DNA from: Campylobacterales bacterium
GTDB lineage: Bacteria; Campylobacterota; Campylobacteria; Campylobacterales; UBA6016
DNA: 64,000 bases
Assembly (NCBI GenBank): GCA_050252455.1
Contig: JBFWKW010000003.1
Span: 13,699 to 77,698 of the forward strand
Reading direction: 5' to 3'
Shown here in pieces: positions 57,719 to 64,000 of the stretch (position 1 is the stretch's first letter; each line of letters opens with the position of its first letter). The notes below the pieces were generated by a model. That model was not told where the DNA came from and did not search any database. It was given only the letters and a program-made list of their open reading frames with translations. A program made the position numbers and the translations under genes.

Positions 57719-58863
57719 ATCTAGTCTCTTTTTTGGATGCAAAAGGGGTTGAGTATGCCCCGTTTGACCCGAATAGATTTAAAAACTTCATAGCTTCCCA
57801 CCCCGATTTTTTAAGCGCAGCCCCAAGAATAGTTCAAATAGTAGGGACTAACGGCAAGGGGACTACGGGTCGATTTTTGGCTGAGATACTAAAAAACGGC
57901 GGGTTGAAAGTGGGGCATTTCACCTCGCCGCACATCCTGTCGTTTACCGAGCGTTTTTGGTTCGACGGGCAGGATGCAAACGAAGATGAGCTTGAGACGG
58001 CTTTTGAGGCGATGCATGTCAGATTCAAAGACGAGCTGGGACCCCTTAGTTATTTTGAGATTTTGACGCTACTTGCGTGTTTTTATTTTAAAGATAGGGC
58101 GGAGATAGTTGTGATGGAGGCCGGGGTCGGCGGAGAATACGACTCCACTAGCGCCCTATCAAAAGAGCTTTTGCTGGTTACGCCGATAAGCATGGACCAT
58201 CTGGATATGCTTGGCAGCAGCATAGAGGAGATAACAAGGACTAAGCTTAGAGCCTCAAATTGCAAGACAATAGTCGGTTTCCAGCCGCACCGCACCGTAA
58301 AAGAGGTTATAAAAACGGAGTTTTTGAGCTCGGATATATCGTTTTTAGAGGATTTGTTATCGGCAGAAGAGATGCTTTTTATAGAGGATTATATTGCAAA
58401 TAATTCATATGCCTCTTATTTATCGCAAAATCTAGCCCTTGCATATGCCGCCTCAAAGAGTCTCGGCATCAATCCTGCACTTGAGAATATAAAACCTCTC
58501 AAGGGTAGATTTGAGAGGATAGAGCCAAATGTTATTTTGGACGTAGGACACAATGTCGACGCCGCAAGAAGGGTTGCCGAAGAACTCGGTGGTAAAAAAG
58601 TGGTTTTGGTATTTAACTGCTACGCCGATAAAGACCCGGAAAACTCTCTGCTTGCGCTCAAAAATAATATAGAAATCGTCGAGATTATCGATGTTGAAAA
58701 TGAAAGATTAATTAAAAAAGATAAGTTAATAAAAGTTTTAGATAAAATAAAAGTTCCCTACCGAAACTTCGACAAAATTGACAAAAACAGCGATTATCTG
58801 GTTTTTGGGTCGTTTAGCGTAGCGGCCGAGTTTTTGAGGAGAAGGTTTGAAAAAAAAATCTAG
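57715..58863 (+). CDS. folC: Folylpolyglutamate/dihydrofolate synthase
   Basis: VGTNGKGTT, FTSPH, EAGVGGEYD, DVGHN. Confidence 0.93.
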   Translation: MNLVSFLDAKGVEYAPFDPNRFKNFIASHPDFLSAAPRIVQIVGTNGKGTTGRFLAEILKNGGLKVGHFTSPHILSFTERFWFDGQDANEDELETAFEAMHVRFKDELGPLSYFEILTLLACFYFKDRAEIVVMEAGVGGEYDSTSALSKELLLVTPISMDHLDMLGSSIEEITRTKLRASNCKTIVGFQPHRTVKEVIKTEFLSSDISFLEDLLSAEEMLFIEDYIANNSYASYLSQNLALAYAASKSLGINPALENIKPLKGRFERIEPNVILDVGHNVDAARRVAEELGGKKVVLVFNCYADKDPENSLLALKNNIEIVEIIDVENERLIKKDKLIKVLDKIKVPYRNFDKIDKNSDYLVFGSFSVAAEFLRRRFEKKI

Positions 58864-59893
58864 ACCTTTAGACGATTCGCACTATAAAAATATAGTTATT
58901 CCCGAGCTTGAGAGGCAAAAAGCCAAAAGAAGGGACATAAAGCTTCAGATGCCAAAAATCAGGTATCCAAAAGCCGTTCCTTTAAGAAGCAAAGAGGCAA
59001 ATACTACGGTTATTACCGTTTCAACCCCGTTTGGCCTTAAAAGTTTTGCGCTCGGGAAGGTAAAAAAACGTATACTTATAAGTTTTACGGCCTTTACGGT
59101 ACTTTTTTTGATATTCGGCTCTTTTGGGCTGTATGTTTCTTTGTCCAACAATATGGCCCTTGAAAATTTGCTCAGCAAAACAAGGGAAAACTACGGTGAG
59201 TTGGTAGCTCAAAACCGTGGACTTAAAAGTATAGTCGACGAAGAGAGAGCTATTAAAGAAAAAGAGACCAACCTTGCGAATATGGTAAATCTAAGGAGCG
59301 AGGCAATTGGCGAGAAGGCTATCGAGCTTTCAACTATAAGCGTAGAGCAAAAAACTATGCTTTTAAAAAATATTCCAAACGGCTCACCGGTTCCGTATCA
59401 AGGCGTAACGAGCGATTTTGGCTCCAGAAACCATCCGGTACTCGGGCGAAGCATATTTCACGAGGGGATAGACTTGAAGGCCGCGATAGGCACAAAAGTA
59501 TATTCTGCTGCCGACGGCATCGTAGAGGCTACAAAATATAACGGCGGATATGGAAATATGCTGACTGTTCAGCACGCTTACGGTTTCAAAAGCGTGTATG
59601 GGCATCTATCCAGATTCGCCGTGCAGCCGGGGCAGTTTGTGAGGAAGGGACAGCTTATTGCATTTAGTGGAAACACTGGACTTACGGCTGGGCCACATCT
59701 TCATTATGAAGTTCGTTTTATCGGTGATCCGCTCAATCCGGATCCGTTTTTGAAATGGAATTATTCTAATTTTGCATATTTATTTGAAAAGGAGAAAAAA
59801 GTCAGATGGGCATCTTTGGTAGAAGCAACAAGGTGGCAGGCGCAGGCGGAGCGTCTATCATATCGTCAGGAACAAAAATCATCGGTCAATTAG
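58847..59893 (+). CDS. M23 family peptidoglycan endopeptidase (Csd1-like)
   Basis: TM plus coiled coil, HEGID, YGH, GPHLHYEV; overlaps the bactofilin gene. Confidence 0.9.
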   Translation: MKKKSRPLDDSHYKNIVIPELERQKAKRRDIKLQMPKIRYPKAVPLRSKEANTTVITVSTPFGLKSFALGKVKKRILISFTAFTVLFLIFGSFGLYVSLSNNMALENLLSKTRENYGELVAQNRGLKSIVDEERAIKEKETNLANMVNLRSEAIGEKAIELSTISVEQKTMLLKNIPNGSPVPYQGVTSDFGSRNHPVLGRSIFHEGIDLKAAIGTKVYSAADGIVEATKYNGGYGNMLTVQHAYGFKSVYGHLSRFAVQPGQFVRKGQLIAFSGNTGLTAGPHLHYEVRFIGDPLNPDPFLKWNYSNFAYLFEKEKKVRWASLVEATRWQAQAERLSYRQEQKSSVN

Positions 59894-60201
59894 CGCTAAA
59901 AGATAGCTTTTATATAGACGGAGAGATAGAGGGCGACATAAATTCTGAAGCTCTTATCACGGTCGGCAAAAACGGTCTTGTGATAGGTAAGTTGGTAGCA
60001 AAAAGCGTAATCATAGGCGGCGAAGTAAAAGGAAAAGTCGAGTGCGAAAATTGCGAAATATTGTCCGGCGGCAAAATAAAAGGCGAAGTTTATAGCTCAT
60101 CGCTTGTTATAGAGGCGGGCGGTATTTTGGAAGGTTCTAGCTATGTTAAAAACAATGGACTTGCACCAGTTCAAAGCGTCAAAAAGAGCGATAGCGAGTA
60201 A
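59806..60201 (+). CDS. Bactofilin (Helicobacter CcmA-like cytoskeletal protein)
   Basis: SIISSGT.I.G..IDGEIEG.I beta-helix repeats; 88-bp overlap with the M23 gene. Confidence 0.9.
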   Translation: MGIFGRSNKVAGAGGASIISSGTKIIGQLALKDSFYIDGEIEGDINSEALITVGKNGLVIGKLVAKSVIIGGEVKGKVECENCEILSGGKIKGEVYSSSLVIEAGGILEGSSYVKNNGLAPVQSVKKSDSE

Positions 60202-60203
60202 TA

Positions 60204-63179
60204 TTGCAAAGTTCGTTATTTGAGTTTCTAAGCTCCGGTAAATGGGGCGGTGTTTCGCTATGTGTTCTTGCCTCTGACGCCAAAGAGGCTAATGCGCTAA
60301 AGTCCGTCTCCGATTTTTGCGGTTTTGAGAGCTTCGTATTGCCTGATTTTCGGGCTCAGAGCGGGGATGATTTACGAAGCTTTTCGGATGAGATGAGAGA
60401 ACTATTTTGGGTTCTAAACTCTTTTATAAACTCCAAAAAAAATAAAAAAATCCTCCTATCGCCATACAAAACACTGTCGCGCCCACTTCCCGCTCCAAAA
60501 TACCTAAACGGTTTTGAGTTAAATTTTGCCCAAAAAGTTGATATTGAAGCGCTAAAATCAAAGCTTTATGCTTACGGTTACGAGTTTGTCGATATAGTGG
60601 CCGAGGCCGGAGAGGTATCGTTTCGGGGCGATATTATGGATATTTTTGCCCCAGGTTGCGAAAAGCCGTTTAGGATATGTTTTTTTGACGATGAGATAGA
60701 GTCGATACGGGAATTTGACATCGATACCCAAAAAAGCGACAAAAACGAGCTTGAAAAAGTATATATGGCTCCAGCGCTTCTTGCTCTTGAGGCTGACGAG
60801 TACGAGAGGCTGAACGCTCTTGCCGCTAGCGGTGAATTCGACGGATTTTTCAAGGATGCCCACTCTTTTGGCCTTTGGTGTTTTTGGGATAATGTAGACT
60901 ATAAGGGCGTGTTTGAGAGCTACCGTACTTTTAGCCCGTCTTTTATCAAGGCCGAAGAAGATGACGAAAGTGTTTGCGCCGCACTTGCCGCGCTCCCCAG
61001 CTTGCCCGAGGCAAAAGAGTATAAAGAGCATTCGATACTCGATATAAAAGGGGCGTTGGAGTCTCACAAAAACAAAAAAATAACGATTATTGCCGCAAAC
61101 GATGCACTCCTAAAACAAGCCGGAATATATGAGCTAAAAGATTCATTTAGGCACGTAGAGGCCTCTCATGTTATCAATATCCAAAGCCCAGGCGAGCTAA
61201 TCATATCGCTTAACAAGCTAGAAAAAAGGGCGAAAAGCAGGCCAAAAAAAGCGCTTGCGCTCGATGAATTCAAGCTTGGCGATTACATAGTCCACGACAA
61301 ATACGGTGTCGGGATATTTGACGGACTCAGACACCTAACGGTTCTAGGCGCAACCAAAGACTTTGTAGAGATACGCTACCAAAATGACGATAAGCTACTT
61401 GTTCCGGTCGAAAATCTAGGGCTTATAGATAGATTTGTAGGCGACGGCGGGGCTGTGCCGGCAATAGACAGGCTGGGTAAATCAAGCTTTATAAAACTAA
61501 AAGAGTCGGTGCGAAGCCGTCTATTCGAGATAGCCGGAGAGATAGTCCGCCTTGCCGCTGAGAGAGAGCTGCAAGAAGGGGTCAAGCTAAACACAAAAAA
61601 AGCGGAAATCGCAATATTCCAAAAAGACGCCGGATTTGAGTACACGGCGGACCAAGCTCGCTCTATTGAAGAGATATTTGCGGATTTTGAGCGTGGCGTG
61701 GCTATGGATAGGCTGCTTAGCGGGGACGTTGGATTTGGTAAGACCGAGGTTGCTATGAACGCCGTATTTGCGGCGGCGGCGAGTGGTTATGCCTCTGTGG
61801 TCTTGGCGCCCACTACGCTTCTTGTCAATCAGCACTTCAAAAGCTTTAATGAGCGGTTTTCAAAATACGGGATAAAGTGCGAGAAAATAGATAGGTTTGT
61901 ATCGACAAAAGAGAAAAAGGCAAGTCTTGAGGGGTTAAAAAACGGAACTCTCAAGGTTGCAATCGGGACTCACGCCCTTCTTGACGCAGAGGTAAAAGAC
62001 CTTGCCCTTGTGGTTGTGGACGAGGAGCATAAGTTCGGCGTCAAGCAAAAAGAGAAACTAAAGGCCATCTCAAAAACGGCGCATATCCTCTCGATGTCGG
62101 CAACGCCGATACCTAGAAGTCTAAATATGGCGCTCTCTCAGGTCAAAAGCCTAAGCGAAATCAATACTCCTCCAAGAGAGAGACTCCCTATTAAGACCTT
62201 TGTTAAAGAGTACGACGAAAAAGCACTCAAAGAGGCGGTTATGAGGGAGCTTAGGCGCGGCGGACAGGTATTTTATATTCACAACCGCATAGCGAGCCTT
62301 GAGGACGCTAAAAAAAGGATACTGGATATTCTGCCGTCCTTGCGGATAGCACTTCTTCACTCAAAAATAGGCTCGGACGAGACAGAGAAAATTATGATAG
62401 ATTTTGTGGAGGGCAAGTACGATATGCTACTCTCCACCTCCATCATCGAATCCGGAATCAATATGCCTCGCGTTAACACGATAATGGTCGATTCGGCCGA
62501 TATGTTCGGCATGGCGGATCTCCATCAGCTGCGCGGCAGAGTAGGCAGGGGAAGCGCGCAGGGGTATGCTTATTTCTTCGTTGAGTCAAAAGACGAGCTG
62601 ACCGACGAAGCCAAAAAACGGCTTATCGCCCTAGAGTCAAACTCATATCTTGGAAGCGGCGCGGCACTGGCGTATCAAGATCTGGAGATAAGAGGCGGCG
62701 GAAATATCGTCGGAGAGGCGCAATCCGGGCACATCAAAAACATCGGTTACGGCCTATATCTGCGGATGCTAGAAGACGCCATCAACGAACTAAGCGGCAA
62801 AAGCTTCGAAAAAGAAAAAGAGGTGGAGCTAAAACTTAGCGTATCGGCGTTTATATCCCCTGAATTCATAGCCGAAGACAGGCTGCGTCTCGAGGCATAT
62901 AGAAGACTGAGCCGCGCGACCGAGGTATCCGAGATATATGAGATAGAAGAAGAGCTAAACGACAGATTCGGCAAGCCGGATTTGCCGACAAAACAGTTTT
63001 TGCTCCTTATTGAGATAAAGGCTCTTGCTCTAAAAGTCGGCGTTTCGGCTATCTCAAACTACGCTCAAAATATAACGGTCAACTACGAAGACGGCAAAAA
63101 AGAGTATATTACCGCGCCTAGCAAAGATGATGACGATGTGCTTGATAGCGTGCTGAAGTTTTTGAGGGCAAAAAAATGA
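60204..63179 (+). CDS. mfd: Transcription-repair coupling factor
   Basis: UvrB-like RGDIMDIF, CarD-like VHDKYGVG, GDVGFGKT, DEEH, SATPIPR, HQLRGRVGR, TRCF C-terminus. Confidence 0.97.
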   Translation: MQSSLFEFLSSGKWGGVSLCVLASDAKEANALKSVSDFCGFESFVLPDFRAQSGDDLRSFSDEMRELFWVLNSFINSKKNKKILLSPYKTLSRPLPAPKYLNGFELNFAQKVDIEALKSKLYAYGYEFVDIVAEAGEVSFRGDIMDIFAPGCEKPFRICFFDDEIESIREFDIDTQKSDKNELEKVYMAPALLALEADEYERLNALAASGEFDGFFKDAHSFGLWCFWDNVDYKGVFESYRTFSPSFIKAEEDDESVCAALAALPSLPEAKEYKEHSILDIKGALESHKNKKITIIAANDALLKQAGIYELKDSFRHVEASHVINIQSPGELIISLNKLEKRAKSRPKKALALDEFKLGDYIVHDKYGVGIFDGLRHLTVLGATKDFVEIRYQNDDKLLVPVENLGLIDRFVGDGGAVPAIDRLGKSSFIKLKESVRSRLFEIAGEIVRLAAERELQEGVKLNTKKAEIAIFQKDAGFEYTADQARSIEEIFADFERGVAMDRLLSGDVGFGKTEVAMNAVFAAAASGYASVVLAPTTLLVNQHFKSFNERFSKYGIKCEKIDRFVSTKEKKASLEGLKNGTLKVAIGTHALLDAEVKDLALVVVDEEHKFGVKQKEKLKAISKTAHILSMSATPIPRSLNMALSQVKSLSEINTPPRERLPIKTFVKEYDEKALKEAVMRELRRGGQVFYIHNRIASLEDAKKRILDILPSLRIALLHSKIGSDETEKIMIDFVEGKYDMLLSTSIIESGINMPRVNTIMVDSADMFGMADLHQLRGRVGRGSAQGYAYFFVESKDELTDEAKKRLIALESNSYLGSGAALAYQDLEIRGGGNIVGEAQSGHIKNIGYGLYLRMLEDAINELSGKSFEKEKEVELKLSVSAFISPEFIAEDRLRLEAYRRLSRATEVSEIYEIEEELNDRFGKPDLPTKQFLLLIEIKALALKVGVSAISNYAQNITVNYEDGKKEYITAPSKDDDDVLDSVLKFLRAKK

Positions 63180-63985
63180 GAATATTATTTGTTGGCGACA
63201 TCATCGGTAGCCCCGGGCGAGATATGGTCAGACGACACTTGGCGTGTGCAAAAGAGCGTTTTGGCGTAGACGTAGCTATCGTAAATGCCGAAAATATAGC
63301 GGCGGGATTTGGGATTACGCAAAAGACGGCGGCCGAGATGATGGATGCGGGTGTGGATATGATGACTAGCGGCAACCACATTTGGGATAAAGCAGAGGTC
63401 ATCGAGGTGTTCAAAAAATACCCCCTTATAAGACCGCTCAATTACCCGTCAGAGCTTGGCGGAGAGGGTCTAAAGGTGCTTGAAATAGGCGGCGATAAGC
63501 TCGGGGTTATCAATCTTATGGGGCATTTTTCTATGCCTATTTCGGATAACCCTTTTAGGCTTGCGAGAGCCGCCGTTGATACGCTCAAAAACGACGGGGT
63601 AGAAAATATTTTTATCGATTTTCACGCAGAGACTACAAGCGAAAAAGAGGCTCTTTGGCGTTATCTTGAATCCGATGTATCTTTTATCGTCGGGACGCAC
63701 ACACATATCGGCACCGATGATTTGCGTATCACAAACGGCTGCGGTTTTCTCGGCGATATAGGTCTGACCGGATGTAGAGACGGGGTGATAGGGGTTGGCA
63801 AAGATGAGCCGATATACCGATTTTTGACGGGGACAAACAAACGCTTCGTCGTTCACAAAGAGTGCAAAAAAATATTTCAGGCTCTTATTTGTGACATTGA
63901 GGGCGGCAGATGCATGGGGGCGTTCAAAATCAAGGCGTACGATGACGGCGAGATTTGTGTTTCGCAGGAGGCTTATGTTGAATAG
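63176..63985 (+). CDS. YmdB/TIGR00282 family metallophosphoesterase
   Basis: GDIIG, NAEN, SGNH.WD, DFHAETTSEK, GTHTH. Confidence 0.92.
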   Translation: MRILFVGDIIGSPGRDMVRRHLACAKERFGVDVAIVNAENIAAGFGITQKTAAEMMDAGVDMMTSGNHIWDKAEVIEVFKKYPLIRPLNYPSELGGEGLKVLEIGGDKLGVINLMGHFSMPISDNPFRLARAAVDTLKNDGVENIFIDFHAETTSEKEALWRYLESDVSFIVGTHTHIGTDDLRITNGCGFLGDIGLTGCRDGVIGVGKDEPIYRFLTGTNKRFVVHKECKKIFQALICDIEGGRCMGAFKIKAYDDGEICVSQEAYVE

Positions 63986-64000
63986 TTTTGAGCTATTCAA
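63975..64000 (+). CDS. Start of the next gene (partial), possibly a MagIII-like 3-methyladenine DNA glycosylase
   Basis: GGAGG SD then ATG: MLNSFELF, similar to the MLDSFEIL start of H. pylori MagIII as I recall it. Only 8 codons are visible. Confidence 0.4.

Noticed and set aside
18430-58858. Homopolymer runs (A9 at about 18430 and about 58850) as phase-variation tracts
   Set aside because: They encode Lys runs in intact frames; I noticed no long poly-G/C tracts.
59806-59893. 88-bp overlap between the M23 peptidase and bactofilin genes
   Set aside because: The csd1-ccmA arrangement is already known from Helicobacter and Campylobacter.
133-64000. Numerous antisense or nested ORFs in the track (e.g. 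4951-5502, 6811-7422, 21224-22138, 22093-22656, 63470-64000)
   Set aside because: They are shadows of well-supported genes on the other strand or frame and have no motifs of their own.
1-64000. CRISPR arrays, tRNA/rRNA genes, transposases, integrases, prophage genes
   Set aside because: No regularly spaced repeats or recognisable motifs were seen, and intergenic gaps are all short. This was checked by eye only.

Overview
A gene-dense, mostly core chromosomal segment from a Campylobacterota (epsilonproteobacterium), probably free-living and hydrogen-oxidising. The assignment rests on gene content and order: hydABCDE, pgbA-glcD, folD-lepB-M50 protease, lnt/yajC-secDF-leuS-lptE-folC-csd1-ccmA-mfd, and an HP1076-like gene. 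The window holds a complete membrane-bound uptake [NiFe]-hydrogenase locus with hyp genes and an embedded NikMNQO nickel ECF transporter, Moco genes, pstCAB, two diguanylate cyclases, a Pif1 helicase, two toxin-antitoxin pairs (MNT-HEPN and RHH-MazF), an HsbR/CrsR-like partner-switching pair, and a soluble PAS+MCP pair. I found no rRNA, tRNA, CRISPR array, transposase or integrase. The least explained signals are: (1) a 105-bp multi-hairpin insert at the pstB 3' end, flanked by a synonymously recoded in-frame duplication of the last codons (GKFG-stop), with the stop codon forming a hairpin loop; (2) an AT-rich ORF split by one in-frame TAG next to a MazEF-like pair; (3) a 57-aa four-Cys gene missing from the ORF track and coupled to mltA; (4) the partner-switching module; (5) clear candidate sigma54, NikR and Pho-box sites. 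All calls come from reading motifs by eye; no searches were run.
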